From contig JAUQPB010000003.1 of the NCBI GenBank assembly GCA_030550585.1, forward strand, positions 132,333-196,332: 64,000 bases of DNA, read 5' to 3'. A program made the translations under genes and the position numbers. The stretch's first letter is position 1. Each line of letters opens with the position of its first letter. The notes beneath the pieces were generated by a model. It was given only the letters and a program-made list of their open reading frames with translations. It had not been told where the DNA came from and did not search any database. This document shows, piece by piece, positions 10,493 to 20,342 of the stretch. The stretch is from Thermoproteota archaeon. GTDB lineage: Archaea; Thermoproteota; Thermoprotei_A; Sulfolobales; Ignisphaeraceae.

Positions 10493-10975
10493 ATGAGTAG
10501 TGATATACTTGCATTCATAGGCCCTGGGCTAGCAGAGGGGCTCGCAGCAGTAGGCTCTACACTAGGAATTTACATAGCGATTTCAGCAGGAATCCCAGTA
10601 ATAAGTGAGGATCCTGCTCAAAGAGGTAGGGTATTTGCACTAGCCTTCCTCCCCGCCACCCAAACACTGGTATACGGTTTCCTCTACATGCTAATGAGCT
10701 ACAGTGCCTTCCTACCATCTCTACTCAAGAAATACTCTTCAGTACCACCCCATATTGCAGCAGCCGTATTTGGTATAAGCATATTCGTCGGCTTAGTAGA
10801 GCTCTATTCAGCATATGGACAAGGAAAAGTTTGTGCAGATGGGGCAGCACAATTAATAAAAACACGTGGAGCAATATTTGGTCCCACGGTAATTTTAGCT
10901 GCATATGAGGAGTTGTTCGGCATTCTTGGCATGGTTTTCGGCATAATGTTTATGTCTATTATCACCAGTTGGTAA
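10493..10975 (+). CDS. atpK: A/V-type ATP synthase subunit K (c), four-TM V-type proteolipid
   Basis: 160 aa, two hairpins; LPATQ..Y, GQGKV, AAYEELFG; operon position. Confidence 0.92.
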   Translation: MSSDILAFIGPGLAEGLAAVGSTLGIYIAISAGIPVISEDPAQRGRVFALAFLPATQTLVYGFLYMLMSYSAFLPSLLKKYSSVPPHIAAAVFGISIFVGLVELYSAYGQGKVCADGAAQLIKTRGAIFGPTVILAAYEELFGILGMVFGIMFMSIITSW

Positions 10976-10981
10976 GCCTAT

Positions 10982-11578
10982 ATGAGTATTGAGGAGCTTA
11001 AAAGAGCTGTTTTAGAGAAAGCCAAGATAGAGGCAGAACATATTTTAAAGAAAGCTGAAGAAGAAGCGAAAAACATTATAGAAGAAGCTCGAAAGAAGAA
11101 GCTGATGCTCATTGAGGAAAAGAAGAGAGAGATGGTAGCTAAGCTAAATCCTGATGCTAGAATAGCAGAAGCTAGATATAAAGCAAGACTCATTCTTGCT
11201 GAAGCAAAAGATTCTATAATTAGAGAAATCATAACTCGTGTCAACAGTATTTTGGATTCTCTACCACAAAATATAAGATTCGAGTCGATAAAAAGACTTG
11301 TTGATGAGTCTCTACAAGAGATCTTCAATTCCGTTGGTAAAGTTGATAGCATTGTAATCAAAATTTCGTCTAAAGATGCAAATCTTGTTGATGCTATTAA
11401 GGAATATGTTGAGCAATCCTATAATATAAGGGTTAAAGATGTGCATACAATAAATATTTCTGGTGGTATAATAGTAGAGCATTCCAGTGGGGAAATAATT
11501 ATCGATAATAGTTATGAAGAGAGGCTAAAAAAGATACTTAGAAGTATAATGCCTCAATTGTCAAAAACTGCTTCGTGA
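10982..11578 (+). CDS. atpE: A/V-type ATP synthase subunit E
   Basis: N-terminal coiled coil, GGIIV..G..IIDNSYEERL. Confidence 0.9.
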   Translation: MSIEELKRAVLEKAKIEAEHILKKAEEEAKNIIEEARKKKLMLIEEKKREMVAKLNPDARIAEARYKARLILAEAKDSIIREIITRVNSILDSLPQNIRFESIKRLVDESLQEIFNSVGKVDSIVIKISSKDANLVDAIKEYVEQSYNIRVKDVHTINISGGIIVEHSSGEIIIDNSYEERLKKILRSIMPQLSKTAS

Positions 11579-11583
11579 GATAA

Positions 11584-12453
11584 ATGACATACAAAATGAG
11601 TGTATATGGACTAAAAACAATTTTGATAACACACCTAAACAAAAATCCAAAACTCGAAGAGGTTATTCAAACGGCATTAGAAAATAGGTTCATAGATCTC
11701 CCATCAATGGTGACCAAATATAATTCGAGAACAGATTATCTCAAATTGGCGTCTGCAAAAACAATTCATGAATTGGAAGAGAATTTGATTGGATTAATAA
11801 AAAATGAGTTAGACTATGTCTACAACCTTCTTCCTGAGTTCTATTCGAAATTCTTTAGGACGTTTCTAACGATATACGAACTTGATTTGATCTATAATTC
11901 CATTGTATCATCTAAACGTTTTACTGAAATGAAGCCAAGATTTTTAGAGTCTAAAGACATGGATACTTACATGTACTGCACGAAAGAGAATGCTTATGGG
12001 TGTCTTTTACTAACATTTCTAAAAAATCTCAAAGCAGATTTGGAGATAGCGGAACAGCGAAGAACACTTAGAGAGAATTATTCTAGGGCTCTTGGATGTG
12101 TGAGTCTCCTAGTTGCTTCGAAGTATTTGAAATACGTATCTAATTTAGAGAAGCTTAATCTTACAGTATCAGACTCTATAGAGATTTTCGTTAAGCAGAT
12201 TACTTCAACTACTAATATAGATGGCTTAGCTCAATATCAATTGGAGAATTCCACAAAGCAACTATACAGTATCATTAGATCTTATCCCAGCAAAGCAACT
12301 ATATACGAAGCACAGCATGTGTATGGAAAATGCAGAGAGTTGCTAGCATTATCTCCGCAGGTCATAGATTTGCTGACGCTTTATCTAGTTAATAGATACT
12401 ATGAAATGTATATACTGAAATATGTACTTCCGGTTTCTTGGGTATTCAAATGA
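11584..12453 (+). CDS. atpC: Probable A/V-type ATP synthase subunit C (d), highly divergent
   Basis: Lies between E and F; helical, 289 aa; only weak resemblance to the family. Confidence 0.6.
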   Translation: MTYKMSVYGLKTILITHLNKNPKLEEVIQTALENRFIDLPSMVTKYNSRTDYLKLASAKTIHELEENLIGLIKNELDYVYNLLPEFYSKFFRTFLTIYELDLIYNSIVSSKRFTEMKPRFLESKDMDTYMYCTKENAYGCLLLTFLKNLKADLEIAEQRRTLRENYSRALGCVSLLVASKYLKYVSNLEKLNLTVSDSIEIFVKQITSTTNIDGLAQYQLENSTKQLYSIIRSYPSKATIYEAQHVYGKCRELLALSPQVIDLLTLYLVNRYYEMYILKYVLPVSWVFK

Positions 12454-12794
12454 GTTTGCCAAGAGATTTCACCAAAAAGATTTGTGCCATTGTTAGAAAA
12501 GAGTTTGAGCCACTTGTGAAAATACTTGGCATCAAAGATGTTTACACAGCGGAGAATTGGGATGAAGCTAAGGTTGTGTTGGATAAACTTGTGACGCAGA
12601 GTGATATAGCCATTATCATTATACAGAAAAGTTTGGTGCCCAATGAGAAGAGCTTCATTGATTTGAATCTAGATAGGCTTTATCCGATAGTTACAGTTAT
12701 ACCTGACGATAAAATAAGTTTATCTGTATCACTACAAACTTTTTATGGAGAGCTTATCCGAAGATATATAGGCTATGAAATCTACTTAGGGTAA
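12438..12794 (+). CDS. atpF: A/V-type ATP synthase subunit F
   Basis: Size, DIAIIII, PIVTVIP, IRRYIG; immediately before A. Confidence 0.82.
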   Translation: MGIQMSLPRDFTKKICAIVRKEFEPLVKILGIKDVYTAENWDEAKVVLDKLVTQSDIAIIIIQKSLVPNEKSFIDLNLDRLYPIVTVIPDDKISLSVSLQTFYGELIRRYIGYEIYLG

Positions 12795-12799
12795 TTACA

Positions 12800-14575
12800 T
12801 TGAGCATTAGAACAGGTAAGATATATAGGATTGCCGGCCCCCTTGTTGTCGCTACTGACATACCTAATCCAATGATATACGAAGTTGTTTATGTTGGTGA
12901 AGAGGGGCTTATTGGAGAGATTATAGCTATCAGAGGAGAGAAGATATATATACAAGTTTATGAAGAGACAACAGGTTTGACTGTTGGGGAAAAGGTAGAG
13001 GCTACAGGCAAGCCCTTGTCAGCAGAGCTTGGACCTGGGCTGGTAGGATCTATATACGATGGTCTTCAAAGACCTGAAAAAGAAATTGCAAAGCTATTTA
13101 ATGATATATTCATTAGAAGAGGTGCCAAAGTTGCTTCACTTGATAGAAACAAGAAGTGGCATTTTGTGAGGGAGAAGAGTATTAGTGTTGGTGATAAGGT
13201 TTATCCTGGTGACTTCATAGGATATGTTATTGAAACCCCTCTTGTAAAGCATTATATCATGATTCCGCCAAATGTTAAAGGCGAGCTCAAGTGGATTGCT
13301 GATGAAGGCGACTACACAGTTGAGGATACTATAGCTACTGTCTCATCTGGTCAACAAGAATACGATGTTAAGCTATATCATATTTGGCCAATTAGAGTTC
13401 CAAGACCATACACCGAGAAGCTACCTCCAACAGAACCTTTGATTACGGGTATCAGGGTTATAGACCATGTTTTTCCAATTGCAAAAGGTGGAAAAGCTGC
13501 TGTTCCAGGCGGTTTTGGAACAGGGAAGACTGTACTGCTTCAAGCATTGACAAAGTGGAGCCACGCCGATATAGCAATATATGTTGGATGTGGTGAGAGA
13601 GGTAATGAAATGTCGGATGCTTTAACAAGTTTTCTAAAGCTTATGGATGTCAGGAGGGGGAGGCCAATGATGGAAAGATCGGTCTTCATAGCAAATACGA
13701 GTAACATGCCTGTAGCGGCTAGAGAAACCAGTGTTTTTCTTGGCGTTACAATAGCCGAGTACTTCAGGGACATGGGCTACGATGTGATAATGGTGGCTGA
13801 TTCCACCAGTAGGTGGGCTGAGGCCATGAGAGAGATAAGTGGTAGAATGGAGGAGATGCCAGGTGAAGAAGGTTTCCCAGCCTATTTGGCAAGCAGACTT
13901 TCAGAATTCTATGAGAGGGCTGGCAAAGTTAAAACACTTGGAAGGCCGGAAAGGTTTGGAAGCGTAACTGTGTTTGGCGCGGTTTCGCCACCTGGTGGAG
14001 ACTTCAGCGAGCCTGTGGTCAGAAATACTGTAAGGTATGTTCAAAGCTTTTACGCATTGGACTATGGACTTGCGACAAGAAGGCACTTTCCAGCTATAAA
14101 CTGGCTTACAAGCTATAGCATGTATGTTGATTTTGTTAAAGAGTATTGGGATAAGGTAACAGATGGAAAATGGAGTAAGTATAGAGCAGAATTGCTGAGA
14201 ATACTCCAAAGAGAGTCTGAGCTAAGCGATATTGTTAGGCTTGTAGGGCCTGAGGCTCTCCCCGAAGAAGATAAGTTCATACTTGAGGTGGCCAGGATTA
14301 TTAGAGAGGGTTTCCTACAGCAAGACTCCTTTGATCCTGTTGATGCCTATTCGCCTCCCGAGAAGGGAGTAATAATTATGGAGGCTATAATGGAGTTTTA
14401 TAGAAGGGCTTCAGAGTCCTTGTCGAAAGGTTTGTCAGTAGCTAAGATAAAAGGATTTAAGAGTAGATCTATGCTCTATCGAATGAGGTTCTACCCACTT
14501 GATGAACTTAAGAAGCTTGTAGCACAATTTCTCGAAACCCTAAACCAAGAGCTTGGTTCTGCGGTGGGAAGCTGA
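12800..14575 (+). CDS. atpA: A/V-type ATP synthase catalytic subunit A
   Basis: [38 protein letters not shown]; normal length, no intein. Confidence 0.98.
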   Translation: MSIRTGKIYRIAGPLVVATDIPNPMIYEVVYVGEEGLIGEIIAIRGEKIYIQVYEETTGLTVGEKVEATGKPLSAELGPGLVGSIYDGLQRPEKEIAKLFNDIFIRRGAKVASLDRNKKWHFVREKSISVGDKVYPGDFIGYVIETPLVKHYIMIPPNVKGELKWIADEGDYTVEDTIATVSSGQQEYDVKLYHIWPIRVPRPYTEKLPPTEPLITGIRVIDHVFPIAKGGKAAVPGGFGTGKTVLLQALTKWSHADIAIYVGCGERGNEMSDALTSFLKLMDVRRGRPMMERSVFIANTSNMPVAARETSVFLGVTIAEYFRDMGYDVIMVADSTSRWAEAMREISGRMEEMPGEEGFPAYLASRLSEFYERAGKVKTLGRPERFGSVTVFGAVSPPGGDFSEPVVRNTVRYVQSFYALDYGLATRRHFPAINWLTSYSMYVDFVKEYWDKVTDGKWSKYRAELLRILQRESELSDIVRLVGPEALPEEDKFILEVARIIREGFLQQDSFDPVDAYSPPEKGVIIMEAIMEFYRRASESLSKGLSVAKIKGFKSRSMLYRMRFYPLDELKKLVAQFLETLNQELGSAVGS

Positions 14576-15993
14576 TGACTAGAGGTGCTCCAGTAACTAA
14601 GCTATATTCAAAAGCAAGTAAGCAGATATTTGGTGTAAGAGGTGCTCTGATATTTGTAAAAGCATTGAGCGGTATAAGCTATGGAGAACTTGTAGAAATA
14701 GATGTTGATGGCGATACCAGGCTGGGACAAGTAATAGACGTCAGCAAAGATGTTGTGATAGTCCAAGTTTTTGGATCGTCTCTTGGTGTAGCCACTGGCA
14801 AAACTGTTGTAAAGTTCCTCGGAGAAACGCTGAAAATTCCTGTATCAGCTGACATGCTTGGGAGGATCTTCGATGGTCTTGCAAGACCAATTGATGGAGG
14901 ACCTCAAATCATTCCAGAAGATTACCTGGATATACATGGAGAGCCCTTGAACCCTGCTGTGAGAATCCCACCTTCAGAATTTATAGAAACAGGAATATCT
15001 GTAATAGACGGTATGCTAACCCTTGTAAGAGGGCAGAAACTGCCCATATTCTCTGGCTCTGGTCTCCCCCACAACAAGCTAGCAATGCAAATAGTTAGAC
15101 AGGCTGCAGTGAGGGGAAGTGGTGAAAAATTTGCTGTTGTGTTTGGGGCTATTGGTGTTACACATGAAGAGGCCATGTATTTCCTAAGTGAGTTAAAGGC
15201 TATGGGTGCACTAGACAGAACAATAGCTTTTATAGCACCTGCCTCAGCATCAACAGTTGAGAAGTTGGCACTACCTAGAACAGCCTTAACAGCTGCAGAG
15301 TTTCTTGCATGGAAATACGATATGCATGTTCTGACAATATTAACTGACATGACAAACTATTGCGAGGCACTAAAAGAGGTTTCAGCAGCTAGAGAGGAAG
15401 TTCCTGGGAGAAGAGGTTATCCAGGATACATGTACACAGACTTGGCAACAATGTATGAAAGAGCTGGTAGGGTTGCAAATAAGAAGGGAAGCATGACAAT
15501 AATGCCTATACTGACCATGCCAGACGATGATATTACACATCCAATACCAGATCTAACTGGGTATATAACCGAGGGTCAAATAGTACTTTCTAGAGATTTG
15601 TGGAGAAAGGGTATATATCCACCTGTAGATGTGTTCCTCTCTTTATCTAGACTAATGAAAGAAGGTATAGGCCCTGGAAAGACACGAGATGATCATAGAG
15701 AGGTCTTTGCACAGCTGATGTCAGCATATTCAGAGGGTACATACTTGAGAGAGCTCATCACAATTGTTGGAGTAGAGTCTCTGACACAGAGAGATAGAAA
15801 ATATCTGGAGTTTGCTGATGAATTTGAAAAGAGGTTTATAAATCAAGGAGAATATGAGAGGAGGTCGATAGAGGAGACACTTGATATTGCATGGGAGCTT
15901 CTAGCAATACTTCCAGAAGATGAGCTTAGACAGGTCAAACCAGAGACTATTAGGAAATACCATCCAAAGTATAGAGGGGGCAAAGCTGAGTAG
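14575..15993 (+). CDS. atpB: A/V-type ATP synthase subunit B
   Basis: [46 protein letters not shown]. Confidence 0.98.
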   Translation: MTRGAPVTKLYSKASKQIFGVRGALIFVKALSGISYGELVEIDVDGDTRLGQVIDVSKDVVIVQVFGSSLGVATGKTVVKFLGETLKIPVSADMLGRIFDGLARPIDGGPQIIPEDYLDIHGEPLNPAVRIPPSEFIETGISVIDGMLTLVRGQKLPIFSGSGLPHNKLAMQIVRQAAVRGSGEKFAVVFGAIGVTHEEAMYFLSELKAMGALDRTIAFIAPASASTVEKLALPRTALTAAEFLAWKYDMHVLTILTDMTNYCEALKEVSAAREEVPGRRGYPGYMYTDLATMYERAGRVANKKGSMTIMPILTMPDDDITHPIPDLTGYITEGQIVLSRDLWRKGIYPPVDVFLSLSRLMKEGIGPGKTRDDHREVFAQLMSAYSEGTYLRELITIVGVESLTQRDRKYLEFADEFEKRFINQGEYERRSIEETLDIAWELLAILPEDELRQVKPETIRKYHPKYRGGKAE

Positions 15994-16618
15994 CGAAATA
16001 ATTAAATTATCGAGACCAACAAAAATAGAGCTCATAAGACTCAGAAGAAGACTTGCACTAAGTAGAAGAATACATAGGATTTTGAGAGATAGACTAACTT
16101 TTCTGATGCAGGAGTTCTACACAGTTTACAGAAAGGCATTTGAATCTAGACGCAGACTCCATGAAATGCTCAATGAAATCTACAAAAGCTACTCACACGC
16201 TGTTGCTATACATGGCCTTGAGATCCTCGATACCGGGGCAAACACCATCAACGGAACAGTAGAGGTTGTGGCAGGCACAAGAAATGTCATGGGTGTTGTG
16301 GCACCGTCTATGGAAATATCCTCTATACCTATGCACACACCTGCATTGCCGATCGAGGTTGCAGATATCCAGGTAAAACGCAATGAGTTCTTAGAGACGC
16401 TTGTTTCCGTAGCCGAATACGAGAAAGAGCTGATTGAGCTAGCCATGGAGATTTCAAGAGTGAGAAGAGTTGTCATGATGCTAGAAAAGGTTTTGATACC
16501 AAGGCTCATCACAACCATAAGATATCTTATGATGAAATTTGATGAAATGGAGAGAGAGGAGAAGGTTAGAAGCATGAAGATAAAATCTTTATTGCTTCAA
16601 AGATCTGAGGGAGTGTAG
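15920..16618 (+). CDS. atpD: A/V-type ATP synthase subunit D (real start likely near 15986)
   Basis: [34 protein letters not shown]. Confidence 0.93.
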   Translation: MSLDRSNQRLLGNTIQSIEGAKLSSEIIKLSRPTKIELIRLRRRLALSRRIHRILRDRLTFLMQEFYTVYRKAFESRRRLHEMLNEIYKSYSHAVAIHGLEILDTGANTINGTVEVVAGTRNVMGVVAPSMEISSIPMHTPALPIEVADIQVKRNEFLETLVSVAEYEKELIELAMEISRVRRVVMMLEKVLIPRLITTIRYLMMKFDEMEREEKVRSMKIKSLLLQRSEGV

Positions 16619-18427
16619 CACAAAATCTACAATATTTTTTGTAGGGGCTGCTGGAATTCCCAACCTATAAATTCTAGCAATTCTATATACATTATCTGAT
16701 GCCAGCATCGATGCAAAACCCTTTCTATAAGCTTCAACAATATACTCGATATTGTCGTCTATAACAACAGCTTTTGCATCATCGAATCCCTCTAAACAAT
16801 TGAAATACATAGCTATTTTTATTGGCCCTGCATTACCGTCTCTACCAATCACCTTATAGACAAATTCGCTAACCCCAAGTTTATTGAGAACAGCTTTAGC
16901 CACTTTCATGCTCTGCTTAGTAGCAATACATATGGTAGCCTCTTCACTAAGTTGTTTCAGAGCCTGTCTAGAGGCATAGAGGTCATTCTTGCTTAATTTA
17001 TTTAAGGAGCTGAGCTCCGCCTCTTCTATAATGCTAGATAAAGTTTCAAACCCCTTTTTGTCACTGCTCCAAAGCCTAACCATAGCCCTATTTATTGTCT
17101 CCCACTCTTTGACTAGCCCAAGTTCCACAAGTTTTTGTCTAACCCTTCTCCAATCTACTGGAAGCTGGGTTAATGTGGCATCCAAATCAAAGATTACAAC
17201 TCTTCTTCTACTCTCTAAAAATTGTGTAAACCTCTTAAGCCAGTAAACCAACTCAATTCTAGAACCCTCCAGATATGCCCTCCAACTATCGCGTTCTCTA
17301 GAAAACCTTTCCAAAGCCTTCAAAATCTGCATCAAGTTTTTTGCAGGCTCCAATAGATCAACGTCGCTTCGCAAAGGATTTGCAACCATTTTTCTAGCCA
17401 TGTATATCCAAACCGATGGTATCTTGGCCAAGTATCTTAGCCCATCCAAAACCCATACAAATTCTCCCCCATGTACCTTCAACCTCTTTGCAAGTTCCCT
17501 TGCACTTTCCTCGCCGTATATATAAGCAGCTACGAGAATTCCTGGGAAATGATATCCTAGCGACACAGCCAGATCTATGCTTCCCCAAAACTTGGGATTT
17601 ACCTCAATTACATAGTATACCCCCAGCTCATCAACATATCTTGTTTCGACCATTAGAACCCCATTCCATCTCAATAGCTCTACAACTTTTCTCCCAATGG
17701 CATAGAGCTGAGGATCCTCCACAGGGCCTTTCGCACATAGGCTTGCACCACCAACCGGTTGATATTCGACTATCCTCTGATGAGTGAACTCTACAATGGG
17801 TTTGCCCTCAAATGCCAATGCATAATATCCTCTTCCGATTCCTTCAACATATTCTTGAACAACACACGGAATTCTTCTAACAGCTTCTGAAACAGCTGAC
17901 TCAGAATCTAGATGAAAAGACGGGTTAGATGCATCACCAAGATTTTTTACCACAAGAGGTGGGGAAAGCCCGTATATACTCTCAGCATCGTGACTGCTAC
18001 CTACAAACACCTGCTTTGGAAACGCAACAGCTTTGCCCAATTTGTCAACAATTCTAACCCTATCCGATGCCAATACAATATCTTCGTAGCGTGGTGCTGC
18101 AACTGTTATCCCAAGCTCATAGAATATTTTCGCATATTTAGAAAAACCTACGAAATCAATATAATCCACGGGAACAACAACGTCGCATCCGTGTTTATGT
18201 GCAACCATAGCTACTATGTAAGGCCAGTCAACACCTTCTCTTCTAACCTTATACAAATATCTATAATCAAATATTCCAGAAAAAAGGTGGGGGTGAATGC
18301 TGTGAGCAACGCCAACAATCTTGATATTCAATAAACCTTTTATAGATTTTGCTATTGCCATAGATTTTCTAGAAGATATAGAGGCTACAACAGCACATTT
18401 GTCCAACGGCCATCGCCACAAAGACAT
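16589..18427 (-). CDS. ATP-grasp ligase fused to a C-terminal HAD-like phosphatase domain
   Basis: PLVVK, VQEYVEG, IEVNPKFWGS (ATP-grasp); IFDLDATL, IATK, IDDN (HAD motifs). Confidence 0.8.
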   Translation of the reverse strand: MSLWRWPLDKCAVVASISSRKSMAIAKSIKGLLNIKIVGVAHSIHPHLFSGIFDYRYLYKVRREGVDWPYIVAMVAHKHGCDVVVPVDYIDFVGFSKYAKIFYELGITVAAPRYEDIVLASDRVRIVDKLGKAVAFPKQVFVGSSHDAESIYGLSPPLVVKNLGDASNPSFHLDSESAVSEAVRRIPCVVQEYVEGIGRGYYALAFEGKPIVEFTHQRIVEYQPVGGASLCAKGPVEDPQLYAIGRKVVELLRWNGVLMVETRYVDELGVYYVIEVNPKFWGSIDLAVSLGYHFPGILVAAYIYGEESARELAKRLKVHGGEFVWVLDGLRYLAKIPSVWIYMARKMVANPLRSDVDLLEPAKNLMQILKALERFSRERDSWRAYLEGSRIELVYWLKRFTQFLESRRRVVIFDLDATLTQLPVDWRRVRQKLVELGLVKEWETINRAMVRLWSSDKKGFETLSSIIEEAELSSLNKLSKNDLYASRQALKQLSEEATICIATKQSMKVAKAVLNKLGVSEFVYKVIGRDGNAGPIKIAMYFNCLEGFDDAKAVVIDDNIEYIVEAYRKGFASMLASDNVYRIARIYRLGIPAAPTKNIVDFVLHSLRSLKQ

Positions 18428-18446
18428 TGTCTAGAGGTGAATAAAA

Positions 18447-19229
18447 GTGTTGTTAGTTTTGACACACGATGTTGATTGGAGTAGAAAAGGGCCTGCAACA
18501 GAGCATGTACTAGCCCGTCTAAACAGATTCTCTATTGAGGATAGATATAGATTCTTTACTTTGAGGGAGAACATTTATGATGGGATAGCAACTATAATGG
18601 ATTACGAGCAGCGTCAAGGAATTAAATCAACATTTTTCTTTAGAACCTTCTACGATGATTATACAACTGTTGAACTTTATAGCGATATCATATCCGAGCT
18701 GAGAAGAGGCGGCTGGGAAATAGGTTTGCATTCAAACAGCGGAGAAAACCTTGAGAGCATTAGACAAGAAAAGATCTTGTTGGAGAAGATATATTCCCAA
18801 GAGGTCAAGAGCCTAAGGGTTCACTACCTCAAAATAGATGCCAACTTAATACCAAAGTTAAGCGCAATAGGTATAAAATATGATAGTAGCATATGCAAAG
18901 CAAAAACGGGTCCATCACATGAAAGCACAGGATGCCACATATTAGACGGTGTAATGGAGCTACCCATAACAATAATGGATGCATATATGTTTACATATTG
19001 GGGGGTTAAACCAAGTGAGGTATATCAGAAAATTATAGAAATTCTAGACAACTTCAACAGACAAGGTATTAAAATAGCCACTTTGCTTTGGCATACAAAT
19101 AGCGTTAGAATGCATGACGGTAAAGAATACTTGAGATTAGTTGAAGAGATTTGGAAAATTGAGTGGCTAACCCCTATAAGGGTAATCGACACGCCTATCT
19201 CGTTATGCAAAAAAGAAAAGCTGATATAA
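18447..19229 (+). CDS. Polysaccharide deacetylase (CE4/NodB-like) family protein
   Basis: LTHDVD, STFFF, WEIGLH, RVHYL, YDSS, ELPITIMD, LLWH. Confidence 0.85.
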   Translation: MLLVLTHDVDWSRKGPATEHVLARLNRFSIEDRYRFFTLRENIYDGIATIMDYEQRQGIKSTFFFRTFYDDYTTVELYSDIISELRRGGWEIGLHSNSGENLESIRQEKILLEKIYSQEVKSLRVHYLKIDANLIPKLSAIGIKYDSSICKAKTGPSHESTGCHILDGVMELPITIMDAYMFTYWGVKPSEVYQKIIEILDNFNRQGIKIATLLWHTNSVRMHDGKEYLRLVEEIWKIEWLTPIRVIDTPISLCKKEKLI

Positions 19230-19244
19230 TCAGGAAAAATTTTA

Positions 19245-19294
19245 TCAGACTAGGTGTTTCACATCATCTTTTCAGTGTGCCACAGGCTCATCAA
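19245..19294 (-). ncRNA. Box C/D methylation-guide sRNA (predicted 16S rRNA double guide)
   Basis: Minus strand: C TTGATGA (19294-19288), guide GCCTGTGGCACA, D' CTGA, C' ATGATGT, guide GAAACACCTAGT, D CTGA (19248-19245); 12-nt guides, intergenic. Confidence 0.85.
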
Positions 19295-19344
19295 CATACA
19301 CTATAAAAATTCACTACCGCGCTTAATTAAACACTGTTGAAATC

Positions 19345-20283
19345 TTGAAGGTGATGCATATGAACGTCTATGAGCCTTTAATCATGGTAGTTTTAACAAT
19401 AGCTGGATTCATGCTATCTAGATGGGGATCTAAATATGGTGATATATTTATCAATGCCTCCAACAGTTATCTATTCTACGTAGCTGTTCCAGCCATCTTG
19501 GTAATAAAAATTGGGTTCACCCAAATTAGTTATATTTTCGCTATTTTAATGCTTATATCGTCACTTCACATAATTTTGATGTTGGTAACCTCCTTCTTAT
19601 TGTTTAGACCCCTTGCCGAGCCTATTACCGCATTATCAGCCTCTCTATCACTTTCAATGCCAAATTCAGCCTATTTGGCAATACCATTAGCCTTAATACT
19701 GTGGGGTGATAGCATATATGTTTTGCCATATATGATTGCCTTCAACATTATATTACCGTTCTTGACCATGTTCTTGGCATACATTACTGCAAGAAGGATG
19801 CACGAAAAATCTGTCTACTTTAAATCTTTACCAGTGCTAATAGGATTCGCCTTAGCATTGATAGCAAGAATATTGTATGATGCTGAATATGGAGACAGCA
19901 CTACTATAGTAAACTGCATAGATAATTTAATTTCATATTCGTTCTATTTGTCGTTTATTGTTATTGGAGGTTCCATAGGAAAACTAAGCATGAAAGTATT
20001 GAAAAATGATATCAAAATTGTCGCAACATCATGCATAATCAAGTACATACTATCACCTCTACTTATGTTACTCCTCTCCTTTCTGCTACTAAACAATTTT
20101 AACACAAGCAACAATCTATACATCCATGGGCTTATTCTCCAAAGCATTATGCCACCTGCTGTAATAAATATAGTTCTAGGCAAGGTGTTTCATCTGAATG
20201 AGGAGCTGATAACGATACTTTTAATATTATTGACACCCATTTCAATAGCTTTATCGTTAGCAGTATGGAATATATTAATATAA
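19345..20283 (+). CDS. AEC (auxin efflux carrier) family membrane transporter
   Basis: About 10 TM helices; YVAVPA, PNSAYLAIP, IKYILSP, MPPAV. Confidence 0.85.
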   Translation: MKVMHMNVYEPLIMVVLTIAGFMLSRWGSKYGDIFINASNSYLFYVAVPAILVIKIGFTQISYIFAILMLISSLHIILMLVTSFLLFRPLAEPITALSASLSLSMPNSAYLAIPLALILWGDSIYVLPYMIAFNIILPFLTMFLAYITARRMHEKSVYFKSLPVLIGFALALIARILYDAEYGDSTTIVNCIDNLISYSFYLSFIVIGGSIGKLSMKVLKNDIKIVATSCIIKYILSPLLMLLLSFLLLNNFNTSNNLYIHGLILQSIMPPAVINIVLGKVFHLNEELITILLILLTPISIALSLAVWNILI

Positions 20284-20342
20284 TGTGGTCTATATCCAGC
20301 CATGGTCTGTTTTTATAACTGGGATTTGCCATAAGAGAAGGG

